A DNA stretch of 64,000 nt, taken from the NCBI GenBank assembly GCA_037189865.1, contig JBBCIW010000002.1:226759-290758 (forward strand), written 5' to 3'. Shown in pieces: positions 24,101-33,732 of this stretch (within the stretch, counting starts at the first letter, position 1; the number at the start of each line of letters is the position of its first letter). The notes under the pieces were generated by a model that had not been told where the DNA came from, did not search any database, and saw nothing but the letters and a program-made list of their open reading frames with translations. A program made the translations under genes and the position numbers. Source of the DNA: Chthoniobacteraceae bacterium (GTDB lineage Bacteria; Verrucomicrobiota; Verrucomicrobiia; Chthoniobacterales; Chthoniobacteraceae).

Positions 24101-25387
24101 TCACGGTAGGGAGACGGGCAACGGGGCAGAGGCAGGGAACGGGCGGACCGGTTCCTTAAAGAGCATCTGGAGATTGGGCCAGACGCTCTCCCATGAGAAA
24201 CGACGCACCACCTCCCGCCGCGCTGCCCGAAGGTCATCCCCCTCCTGATCAAGCGCATCGAGGAGTTGGCGGGCGATCTGGCGCGGCTCGGCGGCGGAAT
24301 CAAAGAAACGCAAGCTCGGGAGAGCGAGGGTGTTCATCGGTTCGCGATCGACACAGAAAAGCAGGAGCCGATGGAGCGCCCCTTCGAGTAGCGGCAGCCC
24401 GAACCCCTCCTGATCGCTCGGGAAGAAGAGAACGTCGCTCAAAGTGTAGAGCGAAATAAGATCGTGCTTGCCGACCGGCCCGTGCTGATGGAGGAAGATA
24501 ACCTCCTCCTCCGAAAGACCGAGCCGTTCGCGCAGCGCGAGAAGTTCGGAAAGGTAGCGCCCGCTATCAGGGTGATGCTCATCGGGGGCGCCGGTCACCA
24601 GCAGCCGCGCCTTTACTCCCCAGTGGTCACGAAGGGCGGCGACCAGTTGCAGCCCGAGTTCCACCCGTTTGCGCCGTACGAGACGGACGGGGTGGAGCAG
24701 GAGGAGATCGGCCTCCAGCCAACGGTGCTGCCGCGCGAGCGCCTCGACGGCAGGGGTGAGGTTGAGGAACGTCAGCGGGTCAATCGCATTGGGGATCACC
24801 GCCTCGACCTCACTGCCGGTCAGCGTAGAAAACTCCCGCGCGCGTGTCCGGGAGATGCCGACCACGCGCACCGCCGGGTGCCGCTGGGAGAGGAGCGCCC
24901 ACGGCCACGGCGCTCCCGGGTGAGCCGCCGGGTAAGCCGGATTGAGCGCCGCCAAATCGTGCACCCACGCAATCAGCCGCCCCTTGGGGAGAAGATCGGC
25001 CCATTCCCAGAGCGCCACCGTTGCCGCCAGATGAAACGGCATGGAAAAAAGATTGTGGACGATGACGCGGTCCGCCTCCTCAACCCAAGGGGTCAGCGCC
25101 TGCCGCATCGCTCGCACCAACCGCTTAAAAGGGCCACCGGGGGGGAATCCTCCCCCTTGACGCCGTACGGTTGCCAACTCCGCCTCCGCCTCCACGGCGA
25201 GGGGATGCCCCTGATCCAGCTCCGGTAAGAGCACCATCTTAATACGGGGATCGCGACTCTCCCCCGAAGCGGCGACGACCGTCACCTCATGTCCCGCCGC
25301 TGCGAGAAGGTTGGCATGCGCCTGCATCACCAACTCCACACCCGCCAGCGAGGGGGTGTACCGATAATGGAAGAGAGTCACCTTCAC
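24101..25387 (-). CDS. GT4-family (group 1) glycosyltransferase
   Basis: 428 aa with a GTG start. It shows the GT-B layout: an N-terminal [38 protein letters not shown] and a C-terminal [10 protein letters not shown] (E-x7-E-like motif region). It ends 13 nt upstream of the glgB start. Confidence 0.72.
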   Translation of the reverse strand: MKVTLFHYRYTPSLAGVELVMQAHANLLAAAGHEVTVVAASGESRDPRIKMVLLPELDQGHPLAVEAEAELATVRRQGGGFPPGGPFKRLVRAMRQALTPWVEEADRVIVHNLFSMPFHLAATVALWEWADLLPKGRLIAWVHDLAALNPAYPAAHPGAPWPWALLSQRHPAVRVVGISRTRAREFSTLTGSEVEAVIPNAIDPLTFLNLTPAVEALARQHRWLEADLLLLHPVRLVRRKRVELGLQLVAALRDHWGVKARLLVTGAPDEHHPDSGRYLSELLALRERLGLSEEEVIFLHQHGPVGKHDLISLYTLSDVLFFPSDQEGFGLPLLEGALHRLLLFCVDREPMNTLALPSLRFFDSAAEPRQIARQLLDALDQEGDDLRAARREVVRRFSWESVWPNLQMLFKEPVRPFPASAPLPVSLP

Positions 25388-25466
25388 AAAGCCACTTGTC
25401 AGTAGCGGCTTTCGCCCGGCAAGACAAGCGGAGGATGCAATAAGAGCAATTTTCGGTTGACTTTGA

Positions 25467-25511
25467 TGGCACGTGCCTGCAAAAGTTCACTTGCGGTTGT
25501 GGCACGTGCCA
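25467..25511. promoter_or_regulatory. Pair of CG-centred palindromic operator candidates, TGGCACGTGCC(T/A), 33 bp centre-to-centre
   Basis: TGGCACGTGCCT is at 25467-25478. TGGCACGTGCCA, a perfect 12-bp palindrome, is at 25500-25511. The proximal site ends 13 nt before the LacI-family ATG (25525). The region is the divergent intergenic space between GT4-glgB and the LacI cassette. Confidence 0.45.
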
Positions 25512-25524
25512 TCTTAAAAAACTC

Positions 25525-26604
25525 ATGAGTTTCGTTACCCAGAATCAGATCGCCACCGAGGCAGGAGTTTCCCGTTCGACCGTGCAAGCCGTTCTCTCCA
25601 GCACATCGGCGCAAAGCCGCATCTCCCCCCAAGTGCGCGAGCATGTCCTCGCCGTCGCCACCCGCCTTAACTATCGGCCCAACCGCTTTGCACAGGCGAT
25701 GCGCAAGGGCAAGAGCGGGCTGATCGGCATCATCAACTTCGGCGATCTCTATGAATTGACCGAACGCAAGGTTCTGGCCGCCTCCGAAGCGATCGTACGG
25801 GAAGGATACGAACCGCTCGTGCAGGAATCGATCTGGTCCTCGCGCGGCAGCAAAGGGAGCGATGTCAGCCGGGAAGTATGCCGGAGGATGCTCGAATCGC
25901 GCGTGGAGGGGGTGCTTCTCGTTAATCCCGGCGGTGTCTTCCGGCAGGAACATCTCGACCAGCTCCTTAAAGCAGGCATTCCGGTGGTCACCTCTGGTGG
26001 GGCCGGACTCTTACAGGGCGTCCCGGATTTTGTTTCGGACCGCGAATGGGGCTACGAACAGGTGGCCCGCCATCTCTTCGGGCTTGGCTACCGCCGCCTT
26101 GCGCTCATCGCCATGCCCGACTCCGATGTCGGGGCGGCCACGGCGCGAGCCGCCGAAAACTTTGGTATCGAGGAGATGCCACCCGCTCTTTGGCCGCTCC
26201 ACCACCTGCCCGAACGACCCGGCCCCCACCAGATGCTCAACTTCCGGGTCGGTAAGGAGGCGATGACCACCCTGCTCGCCGGGCCGCACCGCCCGGAAGC
26301 GGTCCTTTGTAGTAACGACGAAGTGGCGCAAGGGGCGTTAACCGCATGCGGCGAGGCGGGGGTCCGCATCCCCGACGATCTCGCCGTGACCGGGTTCGAT
26401 GACTTTTTCTCTTCGGAATACGGCCTCGTACCGCTCACGACGCTGACTCACCCGATTGCAGAAATCTCCACCAAAGCGGTGGCGTGCCTGCTGGAACTCA
26501 TCCGCACCGGCCGCAAGCCGCAGACTCATGTCGAAAAAATCCGCGGCCATCTCACCATCCGCCGCTCCTGTGGCGCCTTCCTCCAAACCTCCCGATCCCT
26601 ATGA
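25525..26604 (+). CDS. LacI-family transcriptional regulator
   Basis: The N-terminal HTH is QNQIATEAGVSRSTVQAVLS. A periplasmic-binding-protein-like sugar-binding core follows, with VTGFDD near the C-terminus. Confidence 0.88.
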   Translation: MSFVTQNQIATEAGVSRSTVQAVLSSTSAQSRISPQVREHVLAVATRLNYRPNRFAQAMRKGKSGLIGIINFGDLYELTERKVLAASEAIVREGYEPLVQESIWSSRGSKGSDVSREVCRRMLESRVEGVLLVNPGGVFRQEHLDQLLKAGIPVVTSGGAGLLQGVPDFVSDREWGYEQVARHLFGLGYRRLALIAMPDSDVGAATARAAENFGIEEMPPALWPLHHLPERPGPHQMLNFRVGKEAMTTLLAGPHRPEAVLCSNDEVAQGALTACGEAGVRIPDDLAVTGFDDFFSSEYGLVPLTTLTHPIAEISTKAVACLLELIRTGRKPQTHVEKIRGHLTIRRSCGAFLQTSRSL

Positions 26605-28106
26605 AACTCCATCCCCATCCCTCCAAAACCGTGGCAGCGCTCTCGCTTGCCGTCGCCTTCCTCCTTCCGGTGCCGGCCGTGCGTGCCGCCGACGCCGCCT
26701 TCACCCTCACCCTCGTCAGCGGCACCAACAGTTGGGACTCCGCACCGTGGCAGCTTGTCTCCGGCTCCGGGTCGGTCCCCGGGGCAGGCGATGACATCCT
26801 TAGCCTGAGCGGCAACAGTTCGGCCATGTCCGAACTCTTTCTCAATGGCGCACAAGCCGTTGACAACCTGACCAAATCATCCAATGAAGCGTTCCGCATC
26901 TACAACTCCAACAGCGCCGGAGCCACCGGCAGCCTGACGATCTCGGAGGGGCTCACCGTGGAGAATGGCCAGATCTATCTGCGCAGTTTCGACCCGACCG
27001 GCCAACTGACCGTTTCCACCTCCACCCTCACCCTCGGCTCCACCACAGCCGGCACCACTGGTCGCCTCCAGTTCGGAGACCACGCCAACTATCGCAACGT
27101 CAACTTCACCGTCACCGGCACCACCACTCTCAAGGGAGTCAATGCTGCCGTGATCCTCGGCCTCGGGTTGACCGAAGCCGATAGCCTCATTGATCTAGGC
27201 CATCTCCTCTTTGACAACAACACCGGCGGGGGCATTTTCATCGAACACGGAGTGTTGAACGTCGCCAGCCTTCGCAATCAGGGGGGTGCCGAGGGTCTCT
27301 TTGTCGAAACGGGGGCGGCGCTTCGCCTCGATGGCGATGCAGGCGATCCCAATCACCCCTCGGGCGGAGCCAACTTCTCGCTGGCCATCTACAACGGCGG
27401 GCGGGTGGAAAAAACCGGCTCCAACCTGCAAACCCTTTCCAGAGCAGGCGGAAATCCCTACACAGGCGGCACCCTGATCTCCGGTGGCGTGCTGGCGATC
27501 TCCAACACCGAGAACAGCGGGATCGGACGCGGGGCCGTGGAAATCCGTGATAGCGGAACGCTGGCCGGGAGCGGACAGGTGCAACTCAACAACGCGAGCG
27601 TCACCGTCAAGGCCGGGGGAAGCATCGCTCCCGGAGCCGATGGCGTCGCCGGGTTCAACCAGCTCACCTTGAGCGGGATGAACAAATCGACCTCCACCGT
27701 GCTGGAGATGGAGGAGGGGGCAACCTTCCGCTTTGACCTCAACGCTTCGGGCGAGAGCGACCGCATCCTCTTTGGCCACTATGCTCCCGGCGATCTGGTG
27801 CTGGATAGCGACGGCATCACCGTGCATGTCAACGGCCCCCTTTCAGAAAACGTCACCTACACCCTTTTTGAGTTCTATTCCGATTATGTCGGATCAGCGA
27901 AGGTCTCCAGCGGCTTGAACTCAGGGTTCATCATGGGAAGCGGCTTTGAGGGTTTCAACGCCACGTTCCACTATGATGAAGCCGACTTCGGCGGCGTGGG
28001 GAGCATCACGATGACCGTCGCGGCCATTCCTGAACCGGGCACCGCCGGCTTGACGCTCGCCGCCCTTGCCCTCGCCGCCCTCCTCCACCACAAGCGGCGG
28101 CATTAA
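26601..28106 (+). CDS. Surface protein with autotransporter-associated beta-strand (PATR) repeats and a PEP-CTERM sorting tail
   Basis: The track ORF 26484..28106 is trimmed to ATG 26601 (ATGA overlap with the LacI stop). The signal peptide is MKLHPHPSKTVAALSLAVAFLLPVPAVRAADA. A PATR-type repeat is GGNPYTGGTLISGGVLAISN. The C-terminus IPEPGTAGLTLAALALAALLHHKRRH is PEP + TM + basic. Confidence 0.75.
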   Translation: MKLHPHPSKTVAALSLAVAFLLPVPAVRAADAAFTLTLVSGTNSWDSAPWQLVSGSGSVPGAGDDILSLSGNSSAMSELFLNGAQAVDNLTKSSNEAFRIYNSNSAGATGSLTISEGLTVENGQIYLRSFDPTGQLTVSTSTLTLGSTTAGTTGRLQFGDHANYRNVNFTVTGTTTLKGVNAAVILGLGLTEADSLIDLGHLLFDNNTGGGIFIEHGVLNVASLRNQGGAEGLFVETGAALRLDGDAGDPNHPSGGANFSLAIYNGGRVEKTGSNLQTLSRAGGNPYTGGTLISGGVLAISNTENSGIGRGAVEIRDSGTLAGSGQVQLNNASVTVKAGGSIAPGADGVAGFNQLTLSGMNKSTSTVLEMEEGATFRFDLNASGESDRILFGHYAPGDLVLDSDGITVHVNGPLSENVTYTLFEFYSDYVGSAKVSSGLNSGFIMGSGFEGFNATFHYDEADFGGVGSITMTVAAIPEPGTAGLTLAALALAALLHHKRRH

Positions 28107-28117
28107 CCATAGAGGCC

Positions 28118-28981
28118 ATGGCCACCTATCTACCCCCCTGCCGTCGGGCGGGCGCGACGTTGCTCGAAGGGCTCGTCGTCCTGGTCGTCCTCGGTGTGCT
28201 GGCCGCACTGCTTCTCCCGGTTTTGGGGAACATGCGCGCCCGCAATGCTCAGGTGACCTGTGTCAACAACCTGCGCCAGCTCGGCGCGGCGACCTTTCAG
28301 TACGCGGCCGATCACCGTCAGCTCCTCCCGGCCTACGCCATCGACGCCGGGCATGGCCCCCCCGGGCAAAGTCTGGTGACAGCGGGGACCACCGCCGGAT
28401 TATGGTTCTACAACCTTGCCCCCTACGTCGGTGTCCCCCGGCGTGAGGTGGACGGCTACTCTGCGCTGGAGCGAATGGAACTCGGGGCAACCGCTGCCGG
28501 GATCGAGAAGCCATGCATCTTCACCTGCCCCGCGCATTCACGCAAGGAGAGCAACTTCTACTGGACACCCGATCCGATGACGTGGCCCTCCACCATCCCC
28601 GTCAGCTACTCCACCAACGCCTTTCACATCGGCGCAGCAGCGAGCGCCGGCGGGTACACCGGTGAGGCGGATCGCGTCGTCCGCGGCTTCCCGCTCAGTT
28701 CCGTCGTCGCGCCGGGGCGCAAGATCTGGCTCATGGATTGCGCCGACGCCTACGGGGCGATTGTCTCCAGCCAGGGAAGATGGTCGCCGCAGGGGGATCG
28801 CAACTACAACACCCTCTATCAAGGCTTTACCCGCCATAGTGAAGGGGGCAACGCCCTCTTCTTTGACGGGCATGTCGAGTGGCTCCCGCTCACCACCTTT
28901 ACCGAACCGGCCAACGGCAGTTTCGATCGCACCATCCTGCTCTACTTCGCCCCCCTGCGCCACCCTTCTCAAGATCAATGA
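28118..28981 (+). CDS. Prepilin-type N-terminal domain protein, DUF1559 / H-X9-DG family
   Basis: RRAG|ATLLEGLVVLVVLGVLAALLLPVL, then TCVNNLRQLGAATFQY, then a C-terminal HSEGGNALFFDGH (H-X9-DG). Confidence 0.75.
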   Translation: MATYLPPCRRAGATLLEGLVVLVVLGVLAALLLPVLGNMRARNAQVTCVNNLRQLGAATFQYAADHRQLLPAYAIDAGHGPPGQSLVTAGTTAGLWFYNLAPYVGVPRREVDGYSALERMELGATAAGIEKPCIFTCPAHSRKESNFYWTPDPMTWPSTIPVSYSTNAFHIGAAASAGGYTGEADRVVRGFPLSSVVAPGRKIWLMDCADAYGAIVSSQGRWSPQGDRNYNTLYQGFTRHSEGGNALFFDGHVEWLPLTTFTEPANGSFDRTILLYFAPLRHPSQDQ

Positions 28982-31665
28982 ATCCCATCCACTCCTTCCT
29001 GCCGCGCTGTTTTTTTAGCTTATTGTTCCTTTTCTGCGCCCTCCCGCTCCGTGCTGAAACGCTCCCCCCTGAAACCTTTTTTGTCGCCCCCCATGGCAAA
29101 AAAGAGGGCATCGGAAGCCGTGAAGACCCGCTGGCGACCATCGAACAGGCTCTAGCCCTCCTCCCACCCGAAGAAGGGGGAACGATCGCGCTGCTCGGCG
29201 GCATTTACACCCAAACCGTCGATCTCCCGGAAACCACCGACGCAGGCCCCCTCCTGATCACCGCCGCACCGGGGGAGGAGGTCATCTTCGAGGGCGGCAC
29301 GAAGATCACGCAATGGGAGCCTGCCCCCGACGCGCCGGGGCTTTTCATCGTCCACGCTCCGGACCGCAAAACGATGTTCGGCCAGCACCAATGGTTTGAA
29401 ATCTGGGAGAACGGCAACCGGGTCCGCTACAACAGAGTCCCCGATGCCGCCAGCGTCGCGGCATGGCCCGGCAGCGTCACCTTTCTTGAAGGCGAACGCC
29501 TTCTCCTCCACCCCAGCCATGGCGGCACCCCCAAGGGGCTCGACCTCTGGCACAACCAGCAGGCGCAAGGGTGGTCCATCGAGCGCAGCAACACGACCGT
29601 ACGCGGTATCACCCTGCGCAACTACCTCGGAGGCGCTGAGGCACGCGCCGTGACGATCGGCAGGACGGCAACCGACGTCACCATGGAGAAGTGCCAGTTC
29701 ATCAACAGCTCCATCGGGGTCAGCACTTCCGGCACGAACGTCCGCATTGAACATTGCGAGTTCCGGGAAGTCGGGATGGGGCTACGCCACGCCGGACTCG
29801 ATCTGAGCGTGCGCCATTGCCTCTTCCAAAGCGCTGCCGGCCCGTTCGCCTTCCACGATTTTATCCCCGCCCTGCGCGATGCCCTCCGGATGTACTATCC
29901 GGCCAAAGGGATCACCTTTGAGCACTGCGTGACCGCCGGTTTCTGGGCCGGGATTTATATCAAGACCGATCCGGATGAGGCCCACCCCTGCCTGATCCGT
30001 CACAACACCTTTACCGATGGCATCCGTTCCGGGGCGATTGATCCCCAGCCTCACAGCCGCTACATCGCCAACATCGTCGGCCCGACAGAACCGGGGGTCG
30101 CCGATGACGGGGTGGCCCCCAACGGGCGCTACCTTGAAGAGATCGGAGCGAAACTCGAAGGGAACTATTTCTACGGCAAAGGGGGCGAGGCCCGTGGCAG
30201 CAACCTCGCCGGGCCGGAGCCGTTTGTCGACCTTGCAGCGGGGAAACTCGCTTTGCGCAAAGGCGTCGCGCTCCCGGCTTTTGAGGGAGATCGCCCACCG
30301 GGGGCCGGGCGGGCGAAAGTCTCATGGAGCAAGCACCTCGCAGCAAAGCTCACCCCTCCCAAAGTGGAGAAACGCCCATTCGCCTTCGTCGGCACTCCGC
30401 TGGCCACAGCCTCCAACGCCGGAGCGCTCATCATCGCCCGGTTCACCCACCCGGCTCAAGGGACACTGCGCTACCGCCTGGCCACAGAGACGCAATGGCA
30501 CACCGCCGCCGGACGCGACCACTCGCAGGAAGGCAACCCCTCCCTGCTCTTCGCTCTGATCGAAGGGGAACTGGAGGCCGAAAGCGATTACGAGTTCGAG
30601 ATCGAAGCCCTCGGCCCCAAGGGGGAGAAAGTCACCTCCGACCCCGTTTCCCTCCGCACGGAAGGCGGGCCAAAGGAGATCCGCGCCAGCGTCCCTGACG
30701 GCTTGCAGGCAGCCCTCGACCGCGCCCTCCCCGGCGATACGGTGGTACTGGAGAAAGGGGTCTACACCCGCCCCGCACTCCTCAACCACGGCGGGACGCC
30801 GGAGGCCCCGCTCACTCTGCGCGGAGCGGGGAAACGCGAGACAATCCTCGACGGCGGCAGGAAGATCGACCACCTCCTGCGTCTCAACAAGGCGCACCAT
30901 GTGGTGATCCGTGGGCTCCAGATCCGCTGGTTTCGCGAGATCGGCCTCCATGCCGTCGCCTCCTCTTACGGCACGCTCGAAGATTGCTGGATCTCCAACA
31001 ATTTCCTTGATGCTACCGGTGGAGCCAGTGGCGAGAACGTTCTGCTGGCAGACTCACCCCACTGGAAGATCCGGCGCTCCATCTTCACCGGTGCCAACAG
31101 CGGAGTTTCCATTTCCCACTCTCCCGGCCTGACCTTTGAGAACAATACCGCCTTCGGTAACCTGGGCGGCGGTCTGAGTATGGCTTATTCCAGCCGGGGG
31201 AGTCGTCTGATCCGTAACACCCTCAATTTTACGGGGAATGACTCGTTCTGGATCGTCGAAAAAGACCCCGCCGCCTTCGCCTCGCTCGTCGCTGAGGAGA
31301 ACAACTACGGCTCGCTTGTGAAGATGGAAAACAAATACCCCGAGAACCGCTTCACCCCCGCGTCGCACTACGGGCACATTAACGAAGCCAAGCGGATCGG
31401 CGTCTACGGGCCGATCCCCCCGGAGCGCAAGCGGATCGAAGGGTTGTCGGAGGCCGGGTTTACCGAAAGCCAATACCTCGATCTCCTCTTCTTCTACCGG
31501 ATGGACGATTGGCGGCAATTCTCCGGCAAGGATCGCACCTCCATCTTTGCCGACCCCCTCTTTGCCAACCCGAGGAAAGGGGATTTCCGCCTGCTGCCCG
31601 GCAGCCCCAACCTCCTGCCCGATGGCGGGCTGATCGGAGCCGAACCTGCAGCGAAACAACCGTAA
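28978..31665 (+). CDS. Secreted protein with two right-handed parallel beta-helix regions (pectate-lyase-fold, DUF1565-like N-caps)
   Basis: The track ORF 28879..31665 is trimmed to ATG 28978 (ATGA overlap). The signal peptide is MNPIHSFLPRCFFSLLFLFCALPLRA. There are two cap-like motifs, GGTIALLGGIYTQ and GDTVVLEKGVYTR, each followed by beta-helix-like repeats (e.g. NNTAFGNLGGGLSMAYS). Confidence 0.68.
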   Translation: MNPIHSFLPRCFFSLLFLFCALPLRAETLPPETFFVAPHGKKEGIGSREDPLATIEQALALLPPEEGGTIALLGGIYTQTVDLPETTDAGPLLITAAPGEEVIFEGGTKITQWEPAPDAPGLFIVHAPDRKTMFGQHQWFEIWENGNRVRYNRVPDAASVAAWPGSVTFLEGERLLLHPSHGGTPKGLDLWHNQQAQGWSIERSNTTVRGITLRNYLGGAEARAVTIGRTATDVTMEKCQFINSSIGVSTSGTNVRIEHCEFREVGMGLRHAGLDLSVRHCLFQSAAGPFAFHDFIPALRDALRMYYPAKGITFEHCVTAGFWAGIYIKTDPDEAHPCLIRHNTFTDGIRSGAIDPQPHSRYIANIVGPTEPGVADDGVAPNGRYLEEIGAKLEGNYFYGKGGEARGSNLAGPEPFVDLAAGKLALRKGVALPAFEGDRPPGAGRAKVSWSKHLAAKLTPPKVEKRPFAFVGTPLATASNAGALIIARFTHPAQGTLRYRLATETQWHTAAGRDHSQEGNPSLLFALIEGELEAESDYEFEIEALGPKGEKVTSDPVSLRTEGGPKEIRASVPDGLQAALDRALPGDTVVLEKGVYTRPALLNHGGTPEAPLTLRGAGKRETILDGGRKIDHLLRLNKAHHVVIRGLQIRWFREIGLHAVASSYGTLEDCWISNNFLDATGGASGENVLLADSPHWKIRRSIFTGANSGVSISHSPGLTFENNTAFGNLGGGLSMAYSSRGSRLIRNTLNFTGNDSFWIVEKDPAAFASLVAEENNYGSLVKMENKYPENRFTPASHYGHINEAKRIGVYGPIPPERKRIEGLSEAGFTESQYLDLLFFYRMDDWRQFSGKDRTSIFADPLFANPRKGDFRLLPGSPNLLPDGGLIGAEPAAKQP

Positions 31666-31677
31666 CGCTTTTTTCCC

Positions 31678-32913
31678 ATGACCACCCTGACTGCCCTGCC
31701 TGATGCTATTGAGCGCGACCGCGCCGTGGCTCTCGCCCTGCTCAAACCGTCCAAGCGCGATCTCGACTACGGCTTGGCGCTCCACCGCGAATGCCTCGTC
31801 GCCGAGTCGTACAGTCTCGGCCTGCATGCCCCGGTCGACGCTGAGGCCCTCGACCGCGAAGCCGCCTCCGGCGCCTCCGCCAGCGAATGGAGCGATCTCT
31901 TCGAAGATCACCTCATGCTCAACTGGACCTCCACCCCCGAGCTTCTTGCCCAATATCGGCAGGCGTGGGAGACTTCCGGCGTTGGCTGCCTCTTTATCAA
32001 CGCCGGGGAGGAGGGGAACCGTCCTGAGCGTCTCCTTAAACGGCTCGCCCGCTATACGGCGCTTATCGACACCTTGCCCGATCTCCTCGCACGGGCGACC
32101 ACGGCAGAGCAGATCCGCGCCAACCACCGTGCCGGGAAGCGCTCGCTCTGCTTCGCCCTCAACGGCGTTCCGCTCCCCGGGCGCTGCGAAAACGTGCAGG
32201 ATGAACTGCGGGAAATTCGCACCTTCGCCCGGCTCGGGGTGCGGATGATGCACCTCACCTACCAGCGGCGTAACCCGATCGGCGATGGTTGCGGGGAGAT
32301 CAACGACGGCGGGTTGAGCCACTTCGGCCACGCCGTCGTAGGGGAACTTAACCGGCTTGGCGTCGTCATTGACCTCGCCCATACCGGCTGGAAAACGTGT
32401 CTCGATGTCGCAAAGACGACGCAACGCCCCGTGCTGGTGAGCCATTCGGCGGTCCACGCCTTGAGCGGCCATCTGCGGGCCAAGCCCGACAACGTGATTC
32501 GCGCCGTGCTCGACACCGGCGGGACCATGGGGATCACCAACTACCCCGATTTTCTCGGTTTAAGCGGCGATCTCTCCGCGTTGCTGGAGCATATCGACTA
32601 CATGGTGCGGACCTTTGGGGAAGATTCCGTCACCATCGGCACGGACGATGCGTACAAAACAACCGATGCCGCCGAAACACTTGAAACGCTCCAGTGGCCC
32701 GCCGCCCGCGAACGCTGGGAGGGCCTCTGGCCCAATGAAACGCCGGGGAGCGATCCTCGCTGGACCAGCCCGGAGTTGCACCAAAGCATGGCGTGGACGA
32801 ACTGGCCTCTTTACACCGTCGGGATGGTGATGCGCGGCTATCGGGATGAAACGATCGCCAAGATTCTGGGAGGAAACCTCCTGCGGGTCATCGCCGCCAA
32901 CACCGAGCGATGA
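31678..32913 (+). CDS. Membrane (renal-type) dipeptidase, peptidase family M19
   Basis: 411 aa. MMHLTYQRRNPIGDGCGE, VIDLAHTG, VLVSHSAVHAL and TIGTDD fit the M19 metal-ligand pattern. Confidence 0.82.
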   Translation: MTTLTALPDAIERDRAVALALLKPSKRDLDYGLALHRECLVAESYSLGLHAPVDAEALDREAASGASASEWSDLFEDHLMLNWTSTPELLAQYRQAWETSGVGCLFINAGEEGNRPERLLKRLARYTALIDTLPDLLARATTAEQIRANHRAGKRSLCFALNGVPLPGRCENVQDELREIRTFARLGVRMMHLTYQRRNPIGDGCGEINDGGLSHFGHAVVGELNRLGVVIDLAHTGWKTCLDVAKTTQRPVLVSHSAVHALSGHLRAKPDNVIRAVLDTGGTMGITNYPDFLGLSGDLSALLEHIDYMVRTFGEDSVTIGTDDAYKTTDAAETLETLQWPAARERWEGLWPNETPGSDPRWTSPELHQSMAWTNWPLYTVGMVMRGYRDETIAKILGGNLLRVIAANTER

Positions 32914-32943
32914 AAAACATTGCCCCGCGCGGCAAACCGGGGC

Positions 32944-33681
32944 ATGGTCAGCGCTGTCATGCTCTCACGTGCGCTCCGGCTGCTGGTCGCTGGCTCTTTC
33001 CTGCTTTTGGCGGCAGGAAGCGGGGCGCAACCGGTCATTCCCCCGGAAGCCAAGCCGATCCTTGAGCAATTCTTCAAGCTCTACCAACAAGCGGGGGCTT
33101 TCAGCGTCAATGCCCGGCAGATCCGTCGCGTCAATGGGACAGCGACCGCCGACGCCTCCATGCAGGTCCTCGCCCGTAAACCGAACGAAGCGTGGATTCA
33201 GATTCAGGCCGAGGATACCGCGATCACCATGGTCAGCGATGGACGGCAACTCGTCGTCCACCAATCGCCGCCCAACTCCTGGGTCACCAAGCCGGGGGCA
33301 GTCTCTTTTCAGGAGTTGACCCGCAACATGCTCACCGGGCTGGAGTCGCTGAGTTCGAGCGATGTGCGCGCCTCCGTCCTTGCCGATGTCCTCTCGGTGA
33401 CGATGAGCCCGTCGGAGAAAATCGGCGGGCGCGATTGCTGGCGCTTCGAGTTCACGCAACCGGGGATCTCCATCGGCTGCTGGATTCACAAGGCACCGGA
33501 ACCCTTTCTGGAGAAGCTCGTCATCCGTACCCTCTCCGGGGCCGATGAGGCGATCGAGTTTGAAACCACCTTTGTGAACTGGAAGATCAACCCGCAAATC
33601 ACGCGCGAGATGTTCCGTTTTACCCCGCCGCACGATGCTGAGGAAGCCGTGCTACCCAAGGAAGAAGCCCCTAAGTCGTAA
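32944..33681 (+). CDS. LolA-like/DUF2092-like periplasmic protein (tentative)
   Basis: The track ORF starts at TTG 32920. I prefer ATG 32944 (or 32959), giving the signal peptide MLSRALRLLVAGSFLLLAAGSGA. Size, beta-rich pattern and the C-terminal MFRFTPP motif resemble LolA-fold proteins. Confidence 0.42.
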   Translation: MVSAVMLSRALRLLVAGSFLLLAAGSGAQPVIPPEAKPILEQFFKLYQQAGAFSVNARQIRRVNGTATADASMQVLARKPNEAWIQIQAEDTAITMVSDGRQLVVHQSPPNSWVTKPGAVSFQELTRNMLTGLESLSSSDVRASVLADVLSVTMSPSEKIGGRDCWRFEFTQPGISIGCWIHKAPEPFLEKLVIRTLSGADEAIEFETTFVNWKINPQITREMFRFTPPHDAEEAVLPKEEAPKS

Positions 33682-33732
33682 ACCCCCTTGCCACCCGCAC
33701 CCGGGTGGGGCAGGATAAGGTTGCTCTCGGCC

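Noticed and set aside
28110-28119. Palindrome GGCCATGGCC at the start codon of the 28118 HX9DG gene.
   Set aside because: It is a short GC-rich palindrome containing the ATG. It is expected by chance in this composition and has no second copy nearby.
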